Assembly: GCA_963779415.1 (NCBI GenBank)
Contig: CAVZYA010000002.1
Location: 1,344,001-1,408,000 of the forward strand
Length of the DNA stretch: 64,000 nucleotides
Direction of reading: 5' to 3'
DNA from: an uncultured Acidobacteriota bacterium
GTDB taxonomy: Bacteria; Acidobacteriota; Thermoanaerobaculia; UBA5066
Made by a program: the position numbers and the translations under genes. The notes under the pieces were generated by a model that saw nothing but the letters and a program-made list of their open reading frames with translations, searched no databases and was not told the origin of the DNA. This document shows positions 19,215 through 28,680 of this stretch, piece after piece. Position 1 is the first letter of the stretch; every line of letters starts with the position of its first letter.

Positions 19215-19290
19215 TATCGTTAGACGGCACCGAACCTTGCAAACGTCGACCCACTACCTCCGTGTGCGCGATCCCTGGGTACGATGAACT

Positions 19291-19683
19291 ATGCACAGGC
19301 TCATGCAGTTCCCCACGGCAGTGAAGCGAGATCCCGCTGTCGATGCCTGGATTACGCAGCATCCGGGCGAGCTCGGGGCAATCGCCCGAAGGTGGTTCGA
19401 AGCCATGCGTTGCTGCGGGAACGATGTTCGAGAGTTGCTTCATGACGGCCACCCGACCGCGTGTGTGGGCGACGCAGCCTTCGGCGACGTCAACGTTTTC
19501 AAGGCGCACGTCACTGTCGGCTTCTTCAACGGCACGGAGATCGCGGATCCCGGGAGTCTGTTGCAGGGGAGTGGTAGGTTTATGAGGCATGTCAAGGTCG
19601 GTCCAGACCGAGCAATCGATTCTGGGGCGCTAGAGAGGCTCATTCACGCTTCTTACGCTGAGATGAAGAGTCATCTAGCGTGA
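19291..19683 (+). CDS. DUF1801 (YdhG-like) domain protein, cassette-like
   Basis: VRELLHDGHPTACV, HVTVGFFNG, DPGSLLQGSGRFMRHVK; preceded by core site GTTAGAC (19219-19225); atypical codon usage. Confidence 0.85.
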   Translation: MHRLMQFPTAVKRDPAVDAWITQHPGELGAIARRWFEAMRCCGNDVRELLHDGHPTACVGDAAFGDVNVFKAHVTVGFFNGTEIADPGSLLQGSGRFMRHVKVGPDRAIDSGALERLIHASYAEMKSHLA

Positions 19684-19947
19684 ATCAGAGAGATGCGAGA
19701 TGCGGGGCCAGGTCTGCGTTGTTGCGGATCGCGGGTGCGTCATTTTCGGGGAGACCGACCTTCTCATCCCGTGTCGCTTCGCCTTACGAAACGCCCGACG
19801 AATCCCTTGTCTCGGTAGCTGAAGAGGTCTTCCTGGAACTCGACCAGCGCAGATTCCGATAGTGGCACGTCAATCGCTGGCTGGGCTTTAGCCCCAGCTA
19901 GAAACTCGTTGCCGCGGCGTCGGTCGGGGCCAGATCCGCCAGAGTCC

Positions 19948-20415
19948 TCAGCGCTTCTCGCGGACGGTGAGGACGGGGATGGGGGAGAGGCGGAGGACCC
20001 TCTCCGCCGTCGAGCCGATCAGGAGCTTCTCGATGGCGCCGCGCCCGTGCGTTCCGAGGACGATGAGCGACGCCTTCATCTTCAGCGCCGTCTCGACGAG
20101 GGTGTCGGAGGGGCGTCCCCAGACGATCTCGGAGGTGGCCGCGATGCCGCGCTTCTCCGCGGAGGCGACGGCGCGCGCCAGTCTCTTCTCCGTCGCCTCC
20201 TCCCACTCCTTCTGCGTCGTCACGTCGAGGAAGGGGAGGGCACCCGCGACGTCGAATGCCTGGATCGGCTCGACGAGGACGTGGAGAAGGTGGATCTTCG
20301 CCCCTTGCGACGCCGCGAGGGAGATGGCGATCTCGAACGCACGGGCCGCACAGAGCGAGAAATCGGTGCCGACGAGGATCGACTTCAGGACCGGTCCCTG
20401 TTTCCGTCGCTTCAT
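19948..20415 (-). CDS. Universal stress protein
   Basis: ILVGTDFS, LIVLGTHGRG, IGSTAERVLR, PVLTV. Confidence 0.93.
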   Translation of the reverse strand: MKRRKQGPVLKSILVGTDFSLCAARAFEIAISLAASQGAKIHLLHVLVEPIQAFDVAGALPFLDVTTQKEWEEATEKRLARAVASAEKRGIAATSEIVWGRPSDTLVETALKMKASLIVLGTHGRGAIEKLLIGSTAERVLRLSPIPVLTVREKR

Positions 20416-20441
20416 GGCCAATCCTCCTTCTTCTTTCTCCC

Positions 20442-21803
20442 TCAAGGATGGCGCCTCGCGCGGAGTTTTTCCACCGCCGCCACGACCTCCCCCTCCGTCG
20501 GCCGGAGGGTCGAAGTGGGGGACGGCGCTCCCCGCCGGTAGAGCGGGACGCCGTCGACGTAGGTCGCCGTCACGTGACTCCGGTCGAAGGACCAGACGAT
20601 CGGCCCGTAGGGGTCGTCCCGCCACGCCGTCGGGCCGGCGAAACCGGCCGCGGGGTCGAGGAGGACGAAGTCGGCGCGCTTTCCCGGCTCGAGAGTCCCG
20701 ACGTGGGAGAGGCCGAGCGCGGAGGCGCCGTCCGCGGTCGCCATCCGGACCACCTCGAAGGCCGAGAGCGGCCGCCCGCCGGGCGCGATCCGGGAGAGCT
20801 GTGCCGCGAGGCGCATCTCGGAAAACGCGTCGAGACGGTCGTTGCACGGCGCGCCGTCGGCGCCGATCGTGACCCGGATCCCGCGCGCGAGGTAATCCGC
20901 GACCGGGCAGATTCCGGACGAGAGCTTCACGTTCGAGGATGGACAGTGCGCGATCCGGGTGCCGCGCGAGGCGAGAAGGGCGCGATCCTCGCCGTCCGTG
21001 TGGATGACGTGGGCGAGGACTACGTCCGGGCCCGAGAAGCCGACGTCGTGCAGGTACCGGACGTTCGAGCGGCCGCTCCTCCCGCGCACGAGACGAACCT
21101 CGTCGACGTTCTCCGCCGCATGGGTCTGGAGGAGGAGGCCGTCCGCGCGGGCCCGGTCGGCGGCGCCGCGGAGAGCTTCTTCCGTGCAGGAGAGGACGAA
21201 GCGGGGGGAATACGCGACGCGAAGCCTCCCCCCGCCGGCTCCGTGCCAGCGCGCCGCGAGGCGCGCCGTCTCGTCGAGCCCCTCGCGCGTCGTCGTGCGG
21301 AGATGAGGCGGGGTCGACTCCGGATCGTCCATCAGGGCGTTCCCGGAGGCGACGCGCGCCCCCGACGCGGCCGCCGCGCGAAAGACGGCGTCCGTGTGCC
21401 GGACCGAGGCCATGTCGAGGAGCGACGTCGTCCCTCCGGCGATCAGCTCGGCGAGGCCGAGGCGCGCGGAGATCTCCATCGTCTCCTCGTCGTGCGCCGC
21501 CTCCCCCGGGAAGACGTGCGCCGAGAGCCAGAAGAGGAGCGGGAGGTCGTCCGGCCCGTTCCGGAGGAGCGTCTGGCAGAGATGGACGTGCGTCTGGACG
21601 AATCCCGGGAGGAGCCAGAGGCCGGCCGCGTCGAGCCGGTCGAGCGGCTTCCCCGCGGACGCGATCTCCGCTCCGCGCCGGCGTGCCTCGCCGTGAAGGG
21701 CGGCGATCGCGCCCTCCTCGACGAGGACTGCTCCGCCGTGGACCACGTCCCCCTCCCGCGCCATCCCGATCACGAGCGCGTTCTCGACGAGGAGGGGGGT
21801 CAT
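20442..21803 (-). CDS. Amidohydrolase (MtaD/5'-deoxyadenosine deaminase-like)
   Basis: PGFVQTHVHL, THAAEN, LAH, HCPSSN, GADG, GTLEPGKRAD. Confidence 0.85.
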   Translation of the reverse strand: MTPLLVENALVIGMAREGDVVHGGAVLVEEGAIAALHGEARRRGAEIASAGKPLDRLDAAGLWLLPGFVQTHVHLCQTLLRNGPDDLPLLFWLSAHVFPGEAAHDEETMEISARLGLAELIAGGTTSLLDMASVRHTDAVFRAAAASGARVASGNALMDDPESTPPHLRTTTREGLDETARLAARWHGAGGGRLRVAYSPRFVLSCTEEALRGAADRARADGLLLQTHAAENVDEVRLVRGRSGRSNVRYLHDVGFSGPDVVLAHVIHTDGEDRALLASRGTRIAHCPSSNVKLSSGICPVADYLARGIRVTIGADGAPCNDRLDAFSEMRLAAQLSRIAPGGRPLSAFEVVRMATADGASALGLSHVGTLEPGKRADFVLLDPAAGFAGPTAWRDDPYGPIVWSFDRSHVTATYVDGVPLYRRGAPSPTSTLRPTEGEVVAAVEKLRARRHP

Positions 21804-21885
21804 GGCGGCTCGATTATGGGGCCGTGGGAAGGGCCGTATCGTCCCCTCGGCGCGCGGCCCGTTGCTAGACTCGGAAGTCATTCGC

Positions 21886-24423
21886 GTGGGGAAAGGCTGC
21901 CGTCTCCGGCCATGGGCGCGGCGTGTCGCCGCCGCCGTCCTGTCGGGTGCCTGCGCCGCGGCGGCCGCGTCCCCGCCCGGGACCGCGCGCGGCTTCCGGG
22001 TCGGCCCGCCTTCCGCATGGGTCGAGCGAGTCCCCTTCGATCCGGCGTCTCCGTCTCCGGCTGGAGCGAGCACGGACGGCACGGCCCACCTTCTCCTGGA
22101 ATCGCAGGAGCACGTCGGCCTGGGAGCCACGTTCTTCCGGTACGCGCGCCGGCTGCAGGGAGCGGCCGCCGTCGAAGGCAACTCCGAACTCTCCTTCGCG
22201 TGGGACCCGTCCTATCAGACAGTCACGCTGCACGAGGTCTCGATCTATCGCGGAGGCGTGCGCCGGAACGCGCTCCGCCCGGAGAAAGTGCGCATCCTCG
22301 AGCGCGAAAGGGATCTCGAATTCAAGCTGCTCGACGGGAGGCTCACAGCCGTCGTCGTGCTCGAAGACGTCCGGCCGGGGGACGTCCTCGAGTATTCGTT
22401 CACGCGCTCGGGGCGCAACCCGATCTTCGGGCCGCGCTGGGCGTCCACTTTCTGGACCGGCTCGACGGTGCCGGCCGGCCGCATCCGCCGCCGCGTCTTT
22501 CTGCCTCCAGGCCGGGAGGTCGCGTTTCGTCTCTATGCCGGAGCGCCCATGCCGATCGAGCGGGTCGGCAAACGCGGTCGCGACCTCGTCTGGGATTCGA
22601 CGGACGTACCCGCGACGATCGTGGACTCCAGCCTGCCGCCCGACGTCGAGGTCGTTCCGAGGGTGCAATTCTCGGAGTGGGCCAGCTGGGGGGACGTCGC
22701 GGCCTGGGCAGCAGGGAACTTCCGCGCAGACCCCGCCGGGATCCCGGCCGATCTCGTCGAACGCCTTCGCAAGCCGGGCCGGGCCCCGGCCGAGACGACG
22801 GCCGAGGCGCTCCGTTTCGTGCAGGACGAGGTCCGCTTCCTCGGCGTCGAGATGGGCGTCTCCTCACACGCGCCGGCGCGGCCCGAAGAGGTCCTGCGGC
22901 GCCGCTTCGGGGATTGCAAGGACAAGGCGCTCCTTCTCGTGTCGCTCCTCCGCGCGCTCGGGATCGAGGCGGACGCGGCCCTCGTCTCCCTCGGCGATGA
23001 GCGCGCGGTCGCGGGCTTCCTTCCCGCGCCCGACGTCTTCGACCACGCGATCGTCCGCGTGAAGATCGGGATGGACGCCTTCTGGCTCGACCCAACGCGG
23101 CGTCAGCGGCGCGGGGCCCTCGCGGACCTCGTGCACGCGGATGTCGGGAAGGCGCTCGTCCTCGAAGCCGGAGCGCAGGGGCTCACGGACGTGCCTCCCC
23201 TCCCGGGCCGGCTCGCGCGCCGAACGGTGCGAAACGTGATCGTGATCCGGGAAAAAGGTCCGGCGGCCTATACGGTCACGACGACCGCGACGGGTTCCGG
23301 CGCCGACGCGATACGCGAGGATTGGGCCGGGACGCGCCCGGCGGACATCGAGAAGAGCTGTCTCGAGTTCTACACGCATCGCTATCCGGGAATCCGTGCG
23401 GTGGGCGCGCCCGAGCTGAAGGACGACGCCCCGGACGGCTCGGTGACGACCGTCGAGCGTTACGAGATCGACAATCTCTTCCGCGGCGACCCGCGCCAGG
23501 CCGACTTCTACGCCGAGGAAGTGCGGGACCGGTTCGTCCAGATCTCGGACCCCGGCCGCAAGACACCCTACGCTCTCCCGTTCCCCGGAGAAACGGTGGA
23601 GACCGTCGAGATCACCTTTCCAAAGGAGTGGTACGTGGCTCCCCTCGAGGCGTCGCTGAAGAACCCGTGGCTGGAGTTCTCCCTCCGAAGCGCGCCGAGG
23701 CCGAAGGGTGTCGTCCTGACCTGGGAACTTCGCTACAAGGCGGCGGCCGTGCCGGCGGCGGACATCCGGCGCTTCGCCCACGACGTTCGGACGGCGATCG
23801 ACCAGCTCGGTTTCACGCTGCCGTGGGGCGGCGACCCGCGGCCGCGCGTGGGGATGGAGCGTGTGAACTGGCCTGTCGCGTTTTCGACCCTCCTCCTCGC
23901 GGCGGTTCTCGCATTTCTCGCCGTCAAGGTCCTGTCCGGAGCGCCGATGGCGCCGGCGCCGCCGCTCCTGGACGACGCGCCTTACGAGGGCCTCGGCGGA
24001 TGGCTCCTCTTCGTCGGATTCGCCGTGCTCGCGCGGCCGGTCTATCTCGTCGTCACGATCGTCCGGGAGCAGAAGGGGCTGTTCGACGTCGAGACGTGGG
24101 AGAGCTTCACGGCACCGAGCCAGCACCGCGCTCTCGCGGCCGTCGCGCTCGCAGAGCTCGGCGTGAACCTCGCCCTGCTCGCGCTCGGCGTGACGGTCGT
24201 CGTCGCGTTCTTCGGGAAGAAACGGCGTTTCGTTCCCCTCTTCGCGACACAGCTCGTCCTGACGCCCGTGGTTCTCGCACTGGACGAGGTGGCCGCGCGA
24301 GCTCTCCTGGAGAAGGCCGATCCCAAAGCCGCCTCTCAGGCGGCGGGGATGCTCCTCCCCGTTCTTCTCTGGCTCTGGTACCTCGCGCGGTCCCGCCGGG
24401 TGCGCGCAACCTTCACCCGATGA
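21886..24423 (+). CDS. DUF3857 + transglutaminase-like + DUF2569-like membrane-anchored protein
   Basis: DVRPGDVLEYSF; catalytic triad motifs RFGDCKDK, FDHAIV, WLDPT; GLGGWL and YL.RS.RV..TF C-terminus; start uncertain. Confidence 0.85.
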   Translation: MGKGCRLRPWARRVAAAVLSGACAAAAASPPGTARGFRVGPPSAWVERVPFDPASPSPAGASTDGTAHLLLESQEHVGLGATFFRYARRLQGAAAVEGNSELSFAWDPSYQTVTLHEVSIYRGGVRRNALRPEKVRILERERDLEFKLLDGRLTAVVVLEDVRPGDVLEYSFTRSGRNPIFGPRWASTFWTGSTVPAGRIRRRVFLPPGREVAFRLYAGAPMPIERVGKRGRDLVWDSTDVPATIVDSSLPPDVEVVPRVQFSEWASWGDVAAWAAGNFRADPAGIPADLVERLRKPGRAPAETTAEALRFVQDEVRFLGVEMGVSSHAPARPEEVLRRRFGDCKDKALLLVSLLRALGIEADAALVSLGDERAVAGFLPAPDVFDHAIVRVKIGMDAFWLDPTRRQRRGALADLVHADVGKALVLEAGAQGLTDVPPLPGRLARRTVRNVIVIREKGPAAYTVTTTATGSGADAIREDWAGTRPADIEKSCLEFYTHRYPGIRAVGAPELKDDAPDGSVTTVERYEIDNLFRGDPRQADFYAEEVRDRFVQISDPGRKTPYALPFPGETVETVEITFPKEWYVAPLEASLKNPWLEFSLRSAPRPKGVVLTWELRYKAAAVPAADIRRFAHDVRTAIDQLGFTLPWGGDPRPRVGMERVNWPVAFSTLLLAAVLAFLAVKVLSGAPMAPAPPLLDDAPYEGLGGWLLFVGFAVLARPVYLVVTIVREQKGLFDVETWESFTAPSQHRALAAVALAELGVNLALLALGVTVVVAFFGKKRRFVPLFATQLVLTPVVLALDEVAARALLEKADPKAASQAAGMLLPVLLWLWYLARSRRVRATFTR

Positions 24424-24928
24424 GGAGCGCCCCCTCGTGGACGAGGAGCCAGCGCTTCCGCGCGACGCCGCCGCCGTAGCCCGAAAGCGCGCCGTCCGAC
24501 GCGATGACCCGGTGGCACGGAACGACGACCGAAACGGGGTTCCGCGCGTTCGCGCCGGCGACCGCGCGGACCGCCGAGGGAGAGCCGATCGTGCGCGCGA
24601 GCTCCCCGTACGAAATCGTCTTCCCGGCGGGAATCCTCCGGAGCGCGGCCCAGACCTTTTCCTGGAACGGCGTCCCCGCGGTGTCCACCTCGAGGGCGTC
24701 GAGAGCCGTCACGTCACCCGCGAAGTAGCGGCGGAGCGCGCGTCCCGGCGCGCCCCCCCCGGCATCGCGCTCCCACGAGACCTCTCCGAACCGCGCCGCC
24801 GTCTCGTCGCGGAGTCTGGGCCAGTGGTCCGCGAAGCCGAGCGCGCAGATCCGGCTTCCGCGGCGCGCGAAGATCACGGGACCGGCCGGAGTTTCGATCT
24901 CGGTGACGTGAAGGGTGACGGGGCTCAT
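24413..24928 (-). CDS. ogt: Methylated-DNA-protein-cysteine methyltransferase
   Basis: GTPFQEKVW, SYGELA, VVPCHRV, GYGGG; ATGA overlap with alkA. Confidence 0.93.
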   Translation of the reverse strand: MSPVTLHVTEIETPAGPVIFARRGSRICALGFADHWPRLRDETAARFGEVSWERDAGGGAPGRALRRYFAGDVTALDALEVDTAGTPFQEKVWAALRRIPAGKTISYGELARTIGSPSAVRAVAGANARNPVSVVVPCHRVIASDGALSGYGGGVARKRWLLVHEGALLIG

Positions 24929-26418
24929 CGGGCCTCCTTGCCGGGGCCGGCAGAAAGTGATGTCCAGAGGTGGATCGTGGCGTAGGCGCGAAACGGTCTC
25001 CACGCTTCCGCCCGCGCGGCGAGGTCGCGAAGGGCCGCGGGAACGCCGGCCTTCTCGAGCGCGCGGCGCAGTCCGAGGTCGCCGGAGGGGAACGCGTCCG
25101 GCTCGCCGAGAGCGCGGAGCGCGACGACCTGCGCCGTCCACGGTCCGATTCCGGGAAGCGCGACGAGGCGCGACTCGAAATCCGCGAGGCCCCGCGGCGC
25201 CGAGAAGTCGATGCGCCCCGATGCGAAGGCGCGGGCGAGGGCCCGGATCGCCTCGGCGCGGGCGCGGGGAAGACCGATCCGGGAGAGGTCCGCCCGCGCG
25301 AGTGAAGTCGGCGAGGGGAAGACGTGCGTCAGGTCCGGATCCGGTGCGTCCCCTTCGATCCTCGTCCCGAAGGTCTCGACGAGCCGCCCGGCGAGCGTCC
25401 GGGCGCCGCGCACGGAGACCTGCTGGCCGAGGATCGCGCGGACGGAGACCTCGAATGGATCCCACGCCCCGGGGACGCGGAGACCGGGGCGCGCGGCGAC
25501 GAGCGGAGCGAGGACGGGATCCCGGCCGAGTGTTTCGCCGATCGCAAGCGGGTCCGCGTCGACGTCGAAGACGCGGCCGGAGCGCCGGACGAGGTCCAGA
25601 AGGTCCGGGCCGAACGGCGGCCGGAGCGAAAGGAGGAGGTGATCGCGCCCTTCCTCGTACGTCGCAGTCAGAAAGCCGGTCCGCCCCCGGCTCTCGAACG
25701 TCCTCGAATAGGAAAGCCCGCGCACGGACTCGACGCCGGGGAGCGCGCGTGCCTCGAGAAAGGAGAAGAGCGAATTCGCGTCGAACGGGAGCCTGACGGG
25801 GATCTTCAGGCTGAGGGATTGCGTCGTCGAAGCGCTCGTCCTCGCCGTGCGCTCTTTTCGTCCCGAATCTTTCCGAAGCTCGCGAGGAGAGCGGTGGAAC
25901 GTCTCTTGGATCGCGTCGTTGAATCGGCGGACGCTTTCGAAACCCGACGCGAACGCGACCTCCGAGACCGGGAGCGAAGTCTCGTCGAGCAGCCGCCGCG
26001 CGAAATGGACGCGGTGGGTCCGCCGGAGTGAAGCGGGGGACGCGCCGACGTGCTCCGCGAAGAGGCGCCGAAGGTGGCGCGATCCGAGGCCGAGGCTCCC
26101 GGCGAGCGTCTCGACGGATTCGTGCCCGGCGCCGGCGAAGAGACGTTTCAGCGCGCGCGAGACGGTCGCCGACGTCCCGTCCCAGACGGGAGATCCGGGA
26201 GCTGTCTCCGGCCGGCAGCGGAGGCAGGGGCGGAAGCCGTCCTCCTCGGCCGCCGCGGCGAAGGCGAAGAAGCGCATGTTTCGCGGCTTCGGCAGCGGGG
26301 CGGGGCAGCCCGGGCGGCAGTAGACGCCGGTCGTCACGACGCCGACGAAGAGACGCCCCGCGAACCGGGTGTCTCGGGCGAGGACAGCGCGTGTGGCGGC
26401 TTCGGGGGTGAGATCCAC
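24925..26418 (-). CDS. alkA: Ada Zn domain-AraC-AlkA fusion DNA-3-methyladenine glycosylase
   Basis: TTGVYCRPGC, FRPCLRC, AraC HTH (SGFESVRRFN), ILGQQVS, LPGIGPWTA; alternative start 26478. Confidence 0.92.
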   Translation of the reverse strand: MDLTPEAATRAVLARDTRFAGRLFVGVVTTGVYCRPGCPAPLPKPRNMRFFAFAAAAEEDGFRPCLRCRPETAPGSPVWDGTSATVSRALKRLFAGAGHESVETLAGSLGLGSRHLRRLFAEHVGASPASLRRTHRVHFARRLLDETSLPVSEVAFASGFESVRRFNDAIQETFHRSPRELRKDSGRKERTARTSASTTQSLSLKIPVRLPFDANSLFSFLEARALPGVESVRGLSYSRTFESRGRTGFLTATYEEGRDHLLLSLRPPFGPDLLDLVRRSGRVFDVDADPLAIGETLGRDPVLAPLVAARPGLRVPGAWDPFEVSVRAILGQQVSVRGARTLAGRLVETFGTRIEGDAPDPDLTHVFPSPTSLARADLSRIGLPRARAEAIRALARAFASGRIDFSAPRGLADFESRLVALPGIGPWTAQVVALRALGEPDAFPSGDLGLRRALEKAGVPAALRDLAARAEAWRPFRAYATIHLWTSLSAGPGKEAR

Positions 26419-26515
26419 GTTTCCTCCGGACGGGAATGTATCCCCTCGCGTCCGGAAGAACTGGCTGTTTTCGGACATGGCTCTCCGGGCCCGCGCGGCG
26501 GCCGAGGAGAGAGGC

Positions 26516-27148
26516 TCAGGGGGCGGGAGGTTCGGGCGGCGCGGGATCGTCCGGGAGGTCGGCGGCCGGGGCACCGCCGAGGCCGAGGCGATCGGCGATC
26601 GGAATCTGCGAGGCGAGGACGAGGGCGATCAGCTCGGGGAGCGGCGTCCCCCACTCTTCGGCCCCCTTCGTCACGTAGCTCCGGTCCACGGTCCGCGCGA
26701 ACGACTTTTCCTTCAGGCGCTTCAGGACCGACTCGACCGGGACGTCCGCGATCTTCTTCGTCGGGCGGATCAGCGCGCACGCGCCGACGAATCCGGTCAG
26801 CTCGTCCGCGGCGAGGATCGCTTTCTCCATTCGCGACTCGCGCGGAATCCCGGTGTAGAACGCGTGAGAGCCGATCGCCTTGATGATCGCCTCGGGCCAG
26901 CCGCGTGCCCGGAGGATCTCCATCCCGCGGAAGACGTGGTCCTGTTCCGTAGGGTACTTCTCGTAATCGAAATCGTGGAGCATTCCGACGAGCCCCCACG
27001 TCTCGATCTCCGCAGGGTCGGAGACGCCCGCGGCGCGGGCGAGGTGCCTCATCGTGGCTTCCACGGCAAGGGCGTGGCGGCGGAGCGGCTGGGATTTCGT
27101 GTACTCGCAGAGGAGGGCCCATGCGGCGGCGCGGGAAGGAATCGTCAT
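26516..27148 (-). CDS. HD-domain phosphohydrolase
   Basis: RRHALAVE, GMLHDFDYE, ADELTGFV, KEKSFAR. Confidence 0.88.
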   Translation of the reverse strand: MTIPSRAAAWALLCEYTKSQPLRRHALAVEATMRHLARAAGVSDPAEIETWGLVGMLHDFDYEKYPTEQDHVFRGMEILRARGWPEAIIKAIGSHAFYTGIPRESRMEKAILAADELTGFVGACALIRPTKKIADVPVESVLKRLKEKSFARTVDRSYVTKGAEEWGTPLPELIALVLASQIPIADRLGLGGAPAADLPDDPAPPEPPAP

Positions 27149-27221
27149 CCCCGTATGGTGCACCCGCAGGGGGACTTTTCCCCGCCGAAAAACAGGAGCG
27201 ATTGGTCCTTTATAGCATTTT

Positions 27222-27283
27222 TGCACTGAAAATGGTGCATTTCGTCGCATTTCTATTGACAAAAGCAGCAACTGCGTCAAAAT
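27222..27283 (+). promoter_or_regulatory. glnA promoter region: TGCAC-N8-GTGCA palindrome and TTGACA-16-CAAAAT promoter
   Basis: TGCACTGAAAATGGTGCA 27222-27239; TTGACA 27256-27261; CAAAAT 27278-27283; AT-rich. Confidence 0.55.
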
Positions 27284-27332
27284 CGCGCCCCGTCATGGCC
27301 CTTCCGGCCCATTTCGATAAGGAGTGAAGAAG

Positions 27333-28673
27333 ATGGCGATGAACGCGGCAGACATCCTGAAGCGCTGCGACAAGGAGGGGGTCCGCTTCCTGAGGCTCAA
27401 ATTCACGGACATCCTCGGCGTCAACAAGAACGTCGAGGTGCCGCGCTCGCAGTTCGAGAAGGCGCTGGATGGCGAGATCCAGTTCGACGGCTCGTCGATC
27501 GAGGGCTTCGTCCGGATCCAGGAATCCGACATGGGCCTCGTCCCGGACCTGAGCACGTTCCAGATCTTCCCTTGGTCACACCCGAACGGTAAGGTCGCCC
27601 GGCTCGTCTGCGACATCATCGAGCCGGACGGCAAGCCTTTCGCCGGCTGCCCTCGTGGAGCGCTGAAGCGGCAGATGGAGAAGGCGAAGGCTCTGGGCTA
27701 TGAGCTGATGACCGGGCCCGAGGCCGAGTTCTTCCTCTTCCGCCGTGACGCCTCCGGCGACCCCGTCGTCGACACGCACGACGAAGGGGGCTACTTCGAC
27801 CTCACGCCCGTCGACCGGGGCGAGGACGCCCGGCGGGACATCGTGGTGGCCCTCGAGGCGATGGGCTTCGAGGTCGAGGCGGCGCACCACGAGGTCGCCC
27901 CCGGTCAGCACGAGATCGATTTCAAGTACGGGAACGCCGTCCACACGGCCGACAACGTCACGACGTTCAAGCTGATCGTCAAGAAAGTCGCCCTCGACCA
28001 CGGCCTCCACGCGACCTTCATGCCGAAGCCGATTTTCGGCGTGAATGGCTCCGGAATGCACGTTCACCAGTCCCTCATGACCGGCTCCGGCGCGAACGTG
28101 AAGAACGCCTTCTTCGACGCGAAAGCGAAGTACCAGCTCTCCGCCGTGGCGATGCAGTACATCGCCGGGGTCCTGAAGCACGCACGCGCCATTTCGGCGG
28201 TGACGAATCCCCTGGTCAATTCCTACAAGCGGCTCGTCCCGGGGTACGAGGCGCCGGTGAACGTGGCTTGGTCCGAGCGCAACCGCTCGCCGATGATCCG
28301 CATTCCGGCCCGCCGCGGCATGGGGACGCGCTGCGAGGTCCGGATGCCCGATCCATCGTGCAATCCCTACCTTGCCTTCACGGTCATGCTGGCGGCCGGC
28401 CTGGACGGCATCAAGAACAAGCTTGAGCCCGGCGACCCGGTCAACGAGAACGTCTTCGAAATGTCCGAGCGCGAGAAGAAGCGCCGCAAGATCGAGCAGC
28501 TCCCGGGCAACCTCTCCGAGGCACTCGACTGCCTCGAGAAGGACGACGTCCTGAAGAACGCGCTCGGCGACCACATCCTGACGAACTTCGTCGAAGCGAA
28601 GCGCTCGGAGTGGCACGAGTACATCAGCAAGGTCAGCGGCTGGGAGATCGAGAAGTACCTGAACAAGTTCTGA
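27333..28673 (+). CDS. glnA: Type I glutamine synthetase (short GSI-alpha-like)
   Basis: FDGSSI, HHEVAPGQHE, ATFMPKP, NGSGMH, NSYKRLVPGYEAP; SD AAGGAG 27319-27324. Confidence 0.97.
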   Translation: MAMNAADILKRCDKEGVRFLRLKFTDILGVNKNVEVPRSQFEKALDGEIQFDGSSIEGFVRIQESDMGLVPDLSTFQIFPWSHPNGKVARLVCDIIEPDGKPFAGCPRGALKRQMEKAKALGYELMTGPEAEFFLFRRDASGDPVVDTHDEGGYFDLTPVDRGEDARRDIVVALEAMGFEVEAAHHEVAPGQHEIDFKYGNAVHTADNVTTFKLIVKKVALDHGLHATFMPKPIFGVNGSGMHVHQSLMTGSGANVKNAFFDAKAKYQLSAVAMQYIAGVLKHARAISAVTNPLVNSYKRLVPGYEAPVNVAWSERNRSPMIRIPARRGMGTRCEVRMPDPSCNPYLAFTVMLAAGLDGIKNKLEPGDPVNENVFEMSEREKKRRKIEQLPGNLSEALDCLEKDDVLKNALGDHILTNFVEAKRSEWHEYISKVSGWEIEKYLNKF

Positions 28674-28680
28674 AGGGGGT

